Of a stretch of 32,000 nt of DNA, positions 1-12,100 are shown piece by piece (the stretch's first letter is position 1; each line of letters opens with the position of its first letter). The notes beneath the pieces were generated by a model. The model was not told where the DNA came from. It saw only the letters and a program-made list of their open reading frames with translations, and ran no database searches. The translations under genes and the position numbers were made by a program. Origin of the DNA: Aliivibrio fischeri ES114 (GTDB lineage: Bacteria > Pseudomonadota > Gammaproteobacteria > Enterobacterales > Vibrionaceae). The stretch lies in the NCBI RefSeq assembly GCF_000011805.1, contig NC_006841.2. The stretch is one strand, 5' to 3'.

Positions 1-1
1 C

Positions 2-1306
2 TCAATCATTCCGGTTGAAGAAGAGCAAAAACGCTCAGCGCTGTTTGCAACATTAAAACAACGACCAGACCAACCAAGTATTGTATATGTCACGTTACAG
101 CAAACCGCTGAAAACGTCGCTCAATGGCTGCAAAGTAACGGTATTCAAGCTAAGGCTTACCACGCAGGTTTAAAAAATGACGTCCGTGAAACGATTCAGT
201 ATCAATTTATGCACGGTGAAATAAATTGTATCGTAGCTACCATAGCATTTGGTATGGGAGTCGATAAATCGGATATTCGACAGGTCATTCATTTTGATTT
301 ACCTAAATCTATTGAAAACTATTCACAAGAAATTGGCCGTGCAGGGCGTGATGGTTTACCTTCTTTTTGTACTGTGTTAGCCAACACCTCTGGCTTAAAT
401 GTATTAGAGAACTTTGTGTATGGCGATACACCAGACAGAGAAGCAATCCAATATGTGCTAGATGATATTTACCAAGCAAATGAAACGTGGGAAACACAAC
501 TACTACGTTTATCTAAAGACAGCAATGTTCGTCAATTACCCTTAAAAACGCTACTCGTTTATTTAGAATTGAAAAAAATCATTCAAGCTAAATACAGCTA
601 CTATGCCGATTATCGTTTTAAAACTCTTATTCCAGTAAACGATATTATTGCTAAGTTTCAAACGGAACGTCAGCAATTCGTATCAACTATTTTTCAGTGT
701 TCACCAAAAGCAAAAACCTGGCACACAGTCGATTTTGATGCTTTATGGATGGGATTCCGAGGTGAACGAAAACGTGTAATCGCTGCATTAGATTATTTTA
801 ATGAACAAGGTTGGATAGAGCTTGAAAGTAAGCAAATGACTGAGGTTTATCAGGTTTTAAACAAAGTTGAAAGTACGCATGTTCTCTCTCAAGAGCAGCA
901 TCAACTATTCAAAAATAAAGAACAGAGTGAAATAAATCGAATTCACGCCATGTTGGATTTTTTTGAAACCAAAAGCTGTTTAAGCCATGCCCTTGCTCAT
1001 TACTTTGCTGATTTTAATGCGCCAGAACAATGTGGTCACTGCTCTGCTTGTCGATCTGAAGCTGCCGTTTTACCTCGCAGTTCATCTCACTTTATTGCTG
1101 ATGATGAAAATGTAAAAGCATGGTGTCAAGAACTTCAAAACAGCAGCAAAGAGCCATTAGCAAATGCCGTTTTTGCACGTTTTTTATGTGGTATACCAAC
1201 CCCATTAACCAGCAAAATTAGAGCAAATAAAATGCAAGGATTTGGGAAGTTTGAATCTCAGCCTTTTTTTGAAGTACTTGAATTAGTCGGAAAATTGAAC
1301 GGATAA
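2..1306 (+). CDS. RecQ-family ATP-dependent DNA helicase, 5'-truncated by the window edge (C-terminal helicase lobe plus Zn-binding/winged-helix region)
   Basis: The reading frame is open from base 2 (SIIPVEEEQKRSALFATLKQRPDQPSIVYV...), so the listed Met at 209 is internal. Helicase motifs V/VI are present (ATIAFGMGVDKSDIRQVIHFDLP, QEIGRAGRDG) and there is a CGHCSAC Zn-cluster near the C-terminus. No HRDC-like tail was recognised. Confidence 0.8.
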   Translation, partial: SIIPVEEEQKRSALFATLKQRPDQPSIVYVTLQQTAENVAQWLQSNGIQAKAYHAGLKNDVRETIQYQFMHGEINCIVATIAFGMGVDKSDIRQVIHFDLPKSIENYSQEIGRAGRDGLPSFCTVLANTSGLNVLENFVYGDTPDREAIQYVLDDIYQANETWETQLLRLSKDSNVRQLPLKTLLVYLELKKIIQAKYSYYADYRFKTLIPVNDIIAKFQTERQQFVSTIFQCSPKAKTWHTVDFDALWMGFRGERKRVIAALDYFNEQGWIELESKQMTEVYQVLNKVESTHVLSQEQHQLFKNKEQSEINRIHAMLDFFETKSCLSHALAHYFADFNAPEQCGHCSACRSEAAVLPRSSSHFIADDENVKAWCQELQNSSKEPLANAVFARFLCGIPTPLTSKIRANKMQGFGKFESQPFFEVLELVGKLNG

Positions 1307-1415
1307 TTTATAAAGTGTGAGCGTGTTTACATTTCATCAACACCATGTGAACCCCATACGCTATAAATGATAATATCATCCTATACTAATGAAAATTCAT
1401 TACTTGGGAAAAAGG

Positions 1416-3056
1416 ATGATTGAAAAGTTTTTAGCGTTTTCAGAAAAAAAATCTGCTGTACATTTTGTGATCCCAGAAGATGCATCACTCACCTCTCCTA
1501 TTGCTTGCTCAGACATAGATAATGCATTGAGTGCAATGGGAATCGGCCATTATTATCAATATCAAAGTAGTATTAATGAAATCATTGCTGCAATTAACAA
1601 TGGCGATATTACCTCATTTAATAATGTCATGATTGCTCAGTGCTTGGATGCTCAACTCGTCGTTCATATGCAAGATGATGAAATGAAAGCATCAATGACA
1701 GTGACTGGAGCTTATGGCGGTCATCCTGTTCGTGGTCCTGAAATCATTCAAGCATTAACAGAAAATGGCATCACTAAAGGCGTGAAAAAGGAGGCTTTAA
1801 AAGTTCTCTTGCTCAAAGGAAAAGATCTTGCTCCGGGAGAAACCTACTCAGATGTTATTGCTGTTGGTCGTGAAGCCGTCGAAGGACAAGATACACAGTT
1901 TGAAGCCTTAGTACCCAATATTCATGAACGTGTACTCCAGCCACAAGAAACCGATGATGGCCATGTGGATATGCGTGATTTAGGTAATGTCATTAGCGTG
2001 AAACAAAATACGCCACTAATGAGGCGAATTCCAGCAACACAAGGTACTAGTGGCAAAACCATTACAGGAAAAATCATTACAGCAACACCGGGAACGGATA
2101 CCCCTTTCCAAGTTTATCCCGGCTCATCTATTTCTCCTACCGATCCAAACTTACTTATCGCTGATATTGATGGTACCCCATTAATCAATAAATCTGGCGT
2201 TGGTATTGATAACTTACTGACATTAAAAACCGTTAACGCTACATCTGGTCATGTCTCTTTTGAAGGCAGTATTTTCATTCAACAGGATATTGAATCAGGA
2301 ATGAAAGTTACCGCGACAGGGAGCATTACTGTTGGTGGTTTTATCGAAAATGCGGAAGTCACAGCAAAACACGATATCACTGTCATGCACGGTATTATTG
2401 GTCGCCCAGTACAGGATGGAGAGCCTTTGACTTGCATCGTAAGCTCAGAAGGTACTATTACATCAAAATTGGCTCAAAATGCCCATTTAATGGCTCATAA
2501 GGACGTTCATATTACGCTCCATGCTAATCACTGTTTGATTGAATCTTTAGGCTCTATTTTTGTTATTGATAAAGCAGAAAGAAACGGAACCATCAGCGGT
2601 GGTAACTTAATCGCAAATGGTGCAATTAAAACCGCTAACCTTGGTATAGAGGGGGGCGCATATACCAAAGTTCAAGCTTTCCATGATTTTGAAACTCAAA
2701 AAGAAGGCCTCCATTTACTTCAAAAGCAGATAAATGAAGTTAAAACCCAACTGATTAAAATCTCAAATATTCAAATGGAACAGCAGCCAAGTGAATTGGC
2801 TGAAAAAATCTTACGTTCAAAAGAAAAATCAGAGCAAGATTTACAAGTTTTAGGTTCAAAACTTCAGCGAGAACAAATCACGTTTAATAATGGTTTAAAA
2901 GACAACACCGTTTTTGTCACCAACAAGATTTTCCCGCGAGTGGATGTTCAGTTTAATACACACCACTTAGTTACAAAGAGAGAATATAGCCCAAGTAAGA
3001 TCTCTTATTCTGGCTATGAAATCGATGTCGAACCTATCATGATAAAAAAGAAATAA
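1416..3056 (+). CDS. FapA/DUF342 family protein (flagellar-assembly-protein-A-like; beta-helical core plus C-terminal coiled coil)
   Basis: Pattern typical of DUF342: VDMRDLGNVISVKQNTPLMRRIPATQGTSGKTITGKIITATPGTD, followed by repetitive G-x-I-x-V beta-helix-like turns and a K/E/Q-rich coiled coil (KEGLHLLQKQINEVKTQLIK...). I prefer the ATG at 1416, preceded by GGGAAAAAGG, over the ORF-track ATG at 1389. Confidence 0.65.
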   Translation: MIEKFLAFSEKKSAVHFVIPEDASLTSPIACSDIDNALSAMGIGHYYQYQSSINEIIAAINNGDITSFNNVMIAQCLDAQLVVHMQDDEMKASMTVTGAYGGHPVRGPEIIQALTENGITKGVKKEALKVLLLKGKDLAPGETYSDVIAVGREAVEGQDTQFEALVPNIHERVLQPQETDDGHVDMRDLGNVISVKQNTPLMRRIPATQGTSGKTITGKIITATPGTDTPFQVYPGSSISPTDPNLLIADIDGTPLINKSGVGIDNLLTLKTVNATSGHVSFEGSIFIQQDIESGMKVTATGSITVGGFIENAEVTAKHDITVMHGIIGRPVQDGEPLTCIVSSEGTITSKLAQNAHLMAHKDVHITLHANHCLIESLGSIFVIDKAERNGTISGGNLIANGAIKTANLGIEGGAYTKVQAFHDFETQKEGLHLLQKQINEVKTQLIKISNIQMEQQPSELAEKILRSKEKSEQDLQVLGSKLQREQITFNNGLKDNTVFVTNKIFPRVDVQFNTHHLVTKREYSPSKISYSGYEIDVEPIMIKKK

Positions 3057-3073
3057 TCCTCTTTCCTTCAGAT

Positions 3074-3112
3074 AAAAAAATAGCATTGGCAATAACGCTC
3101 AATGCTATTTTT
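3074..3112. terminator. Bidirectional rho-independent terminator between convergent DUF342 and MFS genes
   Basis: An A-run precedes the stem TAGCATTG (3081-3088), an 11-nt loop and CAATGCTA (3100-3107), followed by TTTTT (3108-3112). Confidence 0.6.
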
Positions 3113-3133
3113 ATTCACCAATATATTAACTGG

Positions 3134-4327
3134 TTATTGAGTTGCTAATGCCGCTCTTTCTTCTTTATTTACTTTAAATACCATTACAGCACCAATAAAT
3201 AAGAACACAAGTTGCAATAACATGATGCTACCCATAGAGATTGCACCTAGGTAACTAATGCTTGAAACCATTGCACTTGCTGCTACACAGAAAAGCATTT
3301 GTAAGAAGTTTAGTAGACCAGAAGCTACGGCACTCCCCTCTTTAAAATCAACCAATGCGTTATTTACTACGATTGGGTAAATTGCACCATTTGCTGCTGC
3401 TAAAAAGCAAAACGGAATTAGCATTGGGATAATAGAAGATACATCCATTCTCCACGACACTAAGAATACAGTAGCCACGCTTGCAATCGACAGTTTTAAA
3501 ATCCATGGAAGAACTTGTTGAGCATCAAAACGCTCTAGTGCCCAACGGCAACCGTAACCACCAACGATAAATGCAATAGTTTGTGGAACATAACTTAAAC
3601 CGATATCAGCACCTGAGTAGCCCATTTGCGTCATTACAAACGGTGAACCCGTTAACCATGCAAAGAAGATCGCTGAACTTGCTGCATAAATTAGCATGTT
3701 ACCTGTGAATTTTTTTGACTTAATAACATCACGGAATGTAATGCTTTTCTCAGAAGTCATTTTTTCTTGTTTTGGTTCTTTGTCTACAAAAGTACGTAGT
3801 GCTAGACCAACACCAATCACAGTTAGTGTTACGAAAATCATTGACCAACCGTAGAACTTTTCAATTGCTGCACCCAATAATGGAGCTAAGGCAGGAGAAA
3901 GAGCAACAAGAGGCATGATAGTAGCAAAAACACGTTGTGATGTTTTTGCATCATAACGCTGAATCACCATTGCTTGCCAAATAACGTTTGCACTACACGC
4001 ACCTAACGCTTGGAAAAAGCGAGCGACTAGTAACATTTCTACACTGGTTGAAAATGAAGCAGCCAAACTACTGATTGCAAAAATGCTTAAACCAACGATT
4101 AATGATTTTTTTGTACCTAATTTTTGAGTTAGTCTACCGTAAAAAAGTTGACCAATTGCCATACCTAACAAGAAAATACTTAGGGTTAAACCAATCATGT
4201 TTTCAGTAGTACCTAGATCACCACGGATGATATCGAATGCAGGTAGATACATATCAGTTGCTAAGAAACCCAGCATACTTAGGCCAGCAAGCCAAATATA
4301 AGGAATCGATTGTTTTTTATTGTCCAT
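3134..4327 (-). CDS. MFS drug efflux transporter, Bcr/CflA subfamily
   Basis: 12-TM-like hydrophobic profile. The N-terminal signature LAGLSMLGFLATDMYLPAFDIIRGDLG...LTLSIFLLGMAIGQLFYGRLTQKLGTKK is typical of Bcr/CflA. The ORF-track start at 4339 is a TTG. The ATG at 4327 is preceded by GGAGAAGAAC and is the more likely start. Confidence 0.8.
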   Translation of the reverse strand: MDNKKQSIPYIWLAGLSMLGFLATDMYLPAFDIIRGDLGTTENMIGLTLSIFLLGMAIGQLFYGRLTQKLGTKKSLIVGLSIFAISSLAASFSTSVEMLLVARFFQALGACSANVIWQAMVIQRYDAKTSQRVFATIMPLVALSPALAPLLGAAIEKFYGWSMIFVTLTVIGVGLALRTFVDKEPKQEKMTSEKSITFRDVIKSKKFTGNMLIYAASSAIFFAWLTGSPFVMTQMGYSGADIGLSYVPQTIAFIVGGYGCRWALERFDAQQVLPWILKLSIASVATVFLVSWRMDVSSIIPMLIPFCFLAAANGAIYPIVVNNALVDFKEGSAVASGLLNFLQMLFCVAASAMVSSISYLGAISMGSIMLLQLVFLFIGAVMVFKVNKEERAALATQ

Positions 4328-4457
4328 GTTCTTCTCCAAAGCTGAACATTTTTTAAATTCGTTGCATTCTATGTGCTAGTTGCTACTCTTGTGAAACGAT
4401 ATAATTTGCACTTTGCATCAAATTATTTGATGCGAATAAATAACCATCAGGTATTTT

Positions 4458-5366
4458 ATGTTTTCATATCATGAATTAATCACAATCGAGTCCGTTGCAC
4501 GGTTAGGTAGCTTTAGCCAAGCAGCGGATGAATTACACAAAGTGCCGAGTGCGATTAGCTATACGATTAAATCTGTAGAAGATAGATTAACCGTGGTTTT
4601 ATTTACTCGGCTTCATCGACGAGTAGAGCTCACCGCTGCCGGTACTTATTTTGTAGACCAAGCCAGAAAGTTATTAAAAGATATGGAAGAGATACGCTTT
4701 AATACTCAGCGAGTTGCTAATGGCTGGCAACAAAGTGTTTCTGTTGCATTAGATAATGTGGTTCGAGAGAACAGTGTAAATCAACTTGTTCGTGACTTTT
4801 ACGCCACCTTTCCTGATATCGAACTTCAGCTAACGATGGAAGTGTTTAACGGTGTATGGGATGCATTAATGACAGGTAGAGCGGATATTGGTATTGGTGC
4901 AACAGCAACCATTCCTATTGGTGGCGACTTTTCTTATCGCCCTATGGGAGAGTTAGCATGGGATTTTATCGTCAGCATCAACCATCCTCTAGCAAGTTTT
5001 GAACATGACATCCCTAATGAAGAATTAGTTAAATACCCAGCGATTTGCCTTGAGGATACCTCTCAAATCTTACCTAAGCGTTCAACATGGCTATTAGATA
5101 ATCAACGTCGATTAATCGTTCCCAATTGGCACAGCGCCGAACAGTGCTTTATTGACGGCTTAGGAGTTGGGGTTATTCCTAATCACAGAGCTAAACGCTT
5201 ATTAGAGACAGGCCAGGTGATCAGTAAGAAAATTGAACACCATATTGCTCCAAGTCCATGCTGTTTGGCTTGGAACAATAATAATCAATCTGTTGCGATT
5301 CAGTGGTTACTAGACTATTTAGGCGATAGTGACAAACTTAATAGTGAGTGGCTAAAAGAGTTTTAA
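4458..5366 (+). CDS. LysR-family transcriptional regulator, divergent from the MFS exporter
   Basis: N-terminal wHTH (ITIESVARLGSFSQAADELHKVPSAISYTIKSVEDRL) plus a ~200-aa substrate-binding domain. It has the classical divergent arrangement with the gene it probably controls. Confidence 0.85.
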   Translation: MFSYHELITIESVARLGSFSQAADELHKVPSAISYTIKSVEDRLTVVLFTRLHRRVELTAAGTYFVDQARKLLKDMEEIRFNTQRVANGWQQSVSVALDNVVRENSVNQLVRDFYATFPDIELQLTMEVFNGVWDALMTGRADIGIGATATIPIGGDFSYRPMGELAWDFIVSINHPLASFEHDIPNEELVKYPAICLEDTSQILPKRSTWLLDNQRRLIVPNWHSAEQCFIDGLGVGVIPNHRAKRLLETGQVISKKIEHHIAPSPCCLAWNNNNQSVAIQWLLDYLGDSDKLNSEWLKEF

Positions 5367-5372
5367 GTCATG

Positions 5373-5406
5373 AAAAAAGCGATGATCATAAGATCATCGC
5401 TTTTTT
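5373..5406. terminator. Bidirectional rho-independent terminator (LysR gene / pdxH convergent pair)
   Basis: AAAAAA, then stem GCGATGATC (5379-5387), loop ATAA, GATCATCGC (5392-5400), then TTTTTT (5401-5406). Confidence 0.75.
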
Positions 5407-5436
5407 CAACTTTAATACTAGTGAATAACGACAAGA

Positions 5437-6072
5437 TCATGGCGCTAAACGATCGATCTGCCAATCATTTTGATCTTTACTGTATAAGAATCGGTCATGA
5501 AGTCGATGATCTCCTCCCTGCCAAAACTCTATAGAATCGATCTTAATTCTAAATCCGCCCCAAAACTTAGGAACAGGGATCTCTCCTTTTGCAAACTTTT
5601 GTTTTAACTCTAGGTACTTACCTTCAAGAGCGGCTCTTGCAGTTAAACGACTACTTTGTTTACTTGCCCATGCGGCTATCTGACTTTCTTTGGGTCTTGA
5701 TGTGAAATATTTCATATTCTCAAGAGCCGTTAATTTCTCAGCGGTGCCTGTAATATGAACCTGACGCTCAAGTGGATGCCATGGGAAATGCAGTGATATC
5801 TTACTGTGTTGCTCTAGCTGTTGTGCTTTACGAGAACCTAAGTTGGTATAAAAAACAAAACCTGTCTTATCAAAATGTTTTAATAGCACAATACGTTGAA
5901 ACGGTTGTCCATTCTCATCTACTGTAGCCACCGTCATCGCTGTAGGATCGGTCAATTTGGCTTCCACAGCTTGTTTTAACCATAATTCAAACAATTCTAC
6001 AGGCTCTTGAGGTAAATCGGCTCTTCGTAAACCACCAAGGCTATAATCACGACGAATATCTTCTAATTCCAT
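5437..6072 (-). CDS. pdxH: Pyridoxamine/pyridoxine 5'-phosphate oxidase
   Basis: 211 aa. Full-length match to the PdxH pattern (RRDY...[41 protein letters not shown]-terminal RLAP). Confidence 0.9.
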   Translation of the reverse strand: MELEDIRRDYSLGGLRRADLPQEPVELFELWLKQAVEAKLTDPTAMTVATVDENGQPFQRIVLLKHFDKTGFVFYTNLGSRKAQQLEQHSKISLHFPWHPLERQVHITGTAEKLTALENMKYFTSRPKESQIAAWASKQSSRLTARAALEGKYLELKQKFAKGEIPVPKFWGGFRIKIDSIEFWQGGDHRLHDRFLYSKDQNDWQIDRLAP

Positions 6073-6145
6073 GTAAATCTCGACTTCTTTAATTCCAGCT
6101 GACTAAATTGTGCTCTTTTGAAACACGCTAAACAAGAGGTGATAC

Positions 6146-6170
6146 AAAAAAAGGGCCTAATTAGACCCTA
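6146..6170 (-). terminator. Possible rho-independent terminator after the giant adhesin gene
   Basis: The minus strand reads AGGGTCTAATTAGGCCCTTTTTTT ~20 nt after the adhesin stop. The stem is short and imperfect but is followed by a 7-T run. Confidence 0.45.
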
Positions 6171-6190
6171 AATTTCATATTAACAACAAG

Positions 6191-9100
6191 TTAGATCGTG
6201 TCATCTAATTTAAAAAGTTGCTCATCAAGTAGTTTAGTTAGGATCTCAGCTTGATTTGAGAAATTAGCATTATCCAATCCGAACGAGCCAATACCTCCTT
6301 CAACAACAATCGTATGATCTTTACCAGCATCATCTGTAATCGAGAGCGTTAAATCATCACCATCTTCAGAGATAGTTATATGTTCAAGTAAATCATTAAG
6401 ATCATTTTGATGAACATCATCATTTAGTATTTCAGTAATATCAATTAAGTCTTCACCTTTCGTGAAATCTTTAATTGTATCAATTCCTGAATCCGCACCT
6501 TGATCAACCCATTTGAAGATATCATCACCAATACCTCCAACTAAGATATCGTCTCCAAGACCACCAATTAAAATATCGTTGCCTTGATGAGCAAAGATAA
6601 CGTCATCTTCATCACTACCAATAACCAGATCATTATTGGTTGAGCCACTTAATGAATGATTGATCTGTATATTCGTTTCATCAGAAGGACTAACATTAAG
6701 CGTTGCTTGCTGTAAATGCTCAACACCTTCGCCATCAATGACGGTATAGGCAAGTTCATATGTAACCGATTTACCACTATCAATGAGAGTCGGGTTATCG
6801 ATAGGCTGGAATAAGTAACTTCCATCTTTATTAATCAATAAATTACCGTAATCAGTTATAAGCTGAAGCTTCTCTTCATAAAGGTTAATGCCCACACTTT
6901 CTGAAGATACATTTCCATCTTGATCTATAACTTTTAATATATTGATTTTAGATGTCTCAATAACGAGCTCTGAGTTAGCAATTCCAGTTAAAGAACCAGT
7001 AAGTGCTCCTTGCTGCCCAATCGTAGGTTTAAGTTGAGGGAGTACCGTATATAACTCTTTATCTTCGATATAAATAACATTATAACTAATATCAGTTAAC
7101 CCACCTAAATATGGATTATTTGTACCATCATTTATAACGCCTACCGCTTTGACTTCTTTATCTTCAATGAACTCATTCCATTGAACTAAAAGATCTGCAG
7201 GTATTACTTCGTTATTGTGGCCATCACTAATAAAATAAATCACATCATTTGTATTTGATAAATCAACGTCATTCGGAACCTTATCATTCGAATACCCATC
7301 AAGTATCGCATAAATAGCTTCACTATAATCCGTTCCTCCCCCTATATAATAAGGGTCAGAAATCATCTCAATCTCGATAGCATCTTGAAGGTGAGTAATC
7401 GCATCTGCAACAGAATACCAACCTAAAGAAGTAGCAGTATCATTAGTTTCATCACTATGACGATTATCAAAATCGATCAATTGAACTTGCACCGTTCCCG
7501 AATTTGGTTGATTTTGAATATCTTCTAATAGCTTAATAGATGACTCTAAAACTAATTGCATCCTTTCTTTATCATCGACTTCTACATCTCCCATGCTTCC
7601 TGATGAATCAAGAGCAAGAGTAATTAATGTTGTCGGTAATGAACCACCCTGATCAACTAAAATATCTTGTGGTAAGGTTGCTTCAGCATCCCCAGAAGAA
7701 GCATCAGAATTTGATGCTTCAATCGCTGTTGCTGTCGCCTTTAATGTAAAGTCAGATTCAGACTTAGGAACTTGAATACTCAGGTTACTGAAATCAACGG
7801 TCTGATTTCCCGTACCAACTGGAAGAATCCAATTACCCGTAGCCTCATCATAAGTACCAATCGGCTGCTTATTTTCATCTAAAATTACTGCATTTTCACT
7901 TAATCCAGACAACACTAACGATTCCAGTGACTCACTACCATCAAGGTCTGTAACACTTGCCGATAGATCTAATGGGATCTCAACATTTTGTATGATCGTA
8001 TAACTACCATCAGGGTTTAACTCAACGATCGCATCAGAGAATACGAGTCGTTCGATATGATATAATTGGTCTCCATTATCTTCTGGAGCAGTATGATCGT
8101 AGCCTGTATCACGCCCCAATGTATCTGTAACTACCCAGTGATCAACGCCTCCACCATGTGCTCCACCTTGGTTCGTTATTAAATATTCATCGATACTACC
8201 GCTATAAATAACGGCATCAATACCAGAATCAAGAGGACCTGTACCACCATAAATTGAGTCATTTAATCCGCCACCAACAAAAACATCATTACCAGTTCCG
8301 TGGACAGCATCACCAATTAAATTATCACCTAGTGGGGTACCTATGATTAAGTTATTTCCATCATCAGCAACAACCATCGCTGCATTGTAAGTTACATTGC
8401 CAACCCCTGGAATAGTGCCGCCATTTTCAAAATATTCTTTAATCGCTTCAACGTCACTAGTATCAAAATTAGGTGCTGAGTTAGTAATAACAGGTTCGCC
8501 TAAAACTAAAGAAACAGTTGGTTTATCTGCTTGAGCATTAACAATCATTTCAGCAGTTCCCGTTGAGGTTTTATGCCCATCGCTCACCGTAACCGTAAAT
8601 TCAACAGGTGAATTACTATCGGAATGTTTATTTTCAACTGGAGTAAATATGGCCCCAATGACTTCATTACCATTGAAAATAAGTTCTAAAGAACCAAATG
8701 CTGGATCAACGGTAATATTAGTTAGAGTGACATCATCACCATCCAAATCACTTATCAGTAACTCACTTAAGTTTAGTGGAATAGCTACATCTTCATACGT
8801 TTCACTAAATACTGAATTATCAACAATTGGAGCATTATTTGTGGCTTTATCAGTACTATCGGTAGAAATAGTAATCACACCAGTATCTATCGCATCATCG
8901 CTGTCTGTAGCTTGATAGTGAATATCTTCACTTACCATGGCATCAACTACTTCAACACCTTGTAGGGTCAAATTAGAATTTGGTGATGTCGAACCTTCAC
9001 CATGAATGGTATAAACTCTAATTTGGTCAAAACCGCTATCAAGCTGAATATTGGCGGTAAACTCGCCACTACCATCATAAATACCGTTACTTTCATCATC

Positions 9101-12100
9101 AAAGGTATAAGGACTTTCACCCACTAAAACCCCATCTTTGAAAAGTAATACTTGAACTTTGGCATCAGCACTGCTGTTTTCTGAATAATTTCCCCAAACA
9201 CTACCAAAATCCATATTAACTTCAGTTATTACTACCTCTGTGGTATTTGGTGACCCAACATTACTGAAATCAATTTCAACATAATCTTTTGTTTTTACAT
9301 CGATTTCGCTGTTACCAACACCTAAACCTGTTTCTTGAGCAACGTTATCATAATAAAGCGTTTCAGGGGTTAGCGTACTAGTATTATCAGGGCTATCTCC
9401 AGTAAATTGTCCACCAGAAATAATAACACCACTTACTAATGTAAATGAGTTAACACTTCCGTTTGAGTAATTTGGAGCAAAGTCTTCTTGAGCATTAAAA
9501 CTTAAATCGTCATTGATCGATCCATCCAGAACATATTCAATTTGATCTGACTCCGTTAATATTGTCGAAGATGTAATTTCAGTTCTAGTATCTCCATCAA
9601 CAACATAAAGCGTACCAAACTCTGGCGAAACAGTTATCATAATGTCTACAAACTTGTTATCTGTATCGTTTTCGTCATCTTCAAGATCACTGACATATGC
9701 GTCAAAACTAAACTGAGTGCTAATATCATCAACCAACTGAATGTCAAAATCATTAGCAATAGGATCTGCATTGATAGTGACATCTTGTATTACTTCAGTC
9801 TTATTACCTGCAATATCTATTGCTGTTACGGTTAATGCATTTGCTCCTTCATTTAACTGATACGGAAGAGATATGGTGTATTCACCATTCTGATTTGCTG
9901 TCACTTCGTCGGTGGTATGAATAACACCATCTTTATCAGTATAAGTAATAGTAACCTTAGCACCAGCTTCAGTTACACCGGTGATATCTGGCGTTGTATT
10001 ATTCGTTACGGTATCAGAGTTTGAACCTGTATTAGTATTATCTGTAATATCAGAAGTAATACCTAAATCACCATCGCCAACCGTTTCTGTCAGCACTTTA
10101 GTATCAACCGTTACATCTTGTGTAGTTGATACGGTATTTCCTGCTAAATCAACGGCAACAATATCAATAAGGTTAGAACCTTCCGCTAAAGCGTGCAAAA
10201 TTGCGATGGTATAAACACCGTTAGCACTTGCTGTACTCGTAGCTGTGCGTAACGTGTCTGATGCGTCCCTATAAGTAATGGTTACCTTAGCCCCCGCTTC
10301 TGTTACGCCCGTAATATCAGGCGTTGCATCATTAGTGATAGTGTCATCATTAGAGCCACTATTTGTAGCATCCGTGATATCTGAAGTGATACCAGTATTA
10401 CCATCGCCATCGGTTTCCGTCAGAACGTCAGTATCAACAGTATGTGTTGATGTTACCTTACTTTCTACGGTATTACCGGCATCGTCACTTGATTTCACAA
10501 CAACTTCAAACTCGGTATCCTCAGCCAAGTCACTACCCGCAACCTCAACACTCCAAGTACCATCCTGATTAACTACCGTTTCGTAAGATTGACCATTGAT
10601 AATCATAGTAACAACATCATCTTTACTGATGTCACCACCAATTGCGGTACCCGTAACTATTATGGTCTCGCCACTTTCGCTAGCATTAATAACATCATCT
10701 TCTGTAATATTAGCAACCGTAACAGCGCCAGCTTCTGCTAAGGTATCAATTACCGCAACGTCTTCGCCAGTCTCTGATTCATTTCCATATTGATCCGTTA
10801 GCGTTGCAGTAACTTTAATCTCATTACCTTCACCAGGACTTGGGAACGTTGTTGTTATAGTACCAGCGATTAAATGAGCAGCCGTTAAAATGATCTCTTT
10901 TGTTGTGTTACCATCACTTACGGTAATGACCTCATCTTCTAAAGCTCCTGTCGGCAAACCAATGCTCACATCAATATCACCAACTAACTCAGAAGCACTA
11001 ATTAAACCATCATTAGGACTAGTATCTTCCGTAATCACTACGGTTGGTGCTGCACCGTCAGTACCGGTCTGTGTATCAACAGTATGAAGCGATGTAACTT
11101 TACTCTCGACTATATTGCCCGCATCATCACTTGAGCTGACAGATACCTCAAATTCGGTATCTGCAGCTAAATCACCACCGTCAACAGCTACACTCCAACT
11201 ACCATCTTGATTAACCGTAGTTTCATAAGATTGCCCATTGATAATCATGGTGACAACATCATCTTTACTTATATCACCACCTATTGCGGTACCTGAAACC
11301 ATGATGCTCTCGCCACTTTCGCTAGCATTAATTACATCATCTTCAGTGATATTATCTACAATCACAGAACCTGCATTTGCAGAAGTATCTAAAACAAAAT
11401 CTAGCGTACTCGAGTCAGACACATTGCCCGCAGCATCAGTTTCTCGAACCGTAATTGAGTTGTCGCCTTCAACCACAGCAGGAGGGGTTGTTGACCAACT
11501 GCCATCCGCCGCTTGATATTCAACTGTATTACCCACTTCGCTTGGCGTTACTGTGAATGAGCCATCATTCGTAAGCAGATCACCATTACTAATTCCCGAA
11601 TCAACATCCAATGTGATTGTCGGGGCATTCGGAGCCTGAGTATCTAAAACAAAATCTAGTGAACTCGAACCAGACACATTACCCGCAGCATCAGTTTCTC
11701 GAACCGTAATTGAGTTGTCGCCTTCAACCACAGCAGGAGGGATTGTTGACCAACTGCCATCCGCCGCTTGATATTCAACTGTATTGCCAACTTCGCTTGG
11801 TGTTACTGTGAATGAACCGTCATTCGTTAATAAATCACCATTACTAATACCCGAGTCAGTATCCAGAGTGATTGTCGGAGCATTCGGAGCCTGAGTATCT
11901 AAAACAAAATCTAGCGTACTCGAGTCAGACACATTGCCCGCAGCATCAGTTTCTCGAACCGTAATTGAGTTGTCGCCTTCAACCACAGCAGGAGGGGTTG
12001 TTGACCAACTGCCATCCGCCGCTTGATATTCAACTGTATTGCCAACTTCGCTTGGTGTTACTGTGAATGAACCGTCATTCGTTAATAAATCACCATCACT

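Noticed and set aside
309-497. Short overlapping antisense or out-of-frame ORFs at 309-497, 12319-12531, 18705-18914, 19292-19477, 20128-20331 and 24482-24724
   Set aside because: Each lies entirely within a longer gene with clear family signatures (RecQ-like, adhesin, TolC, OmpA-like, LapD/LapG). None shows independent support.
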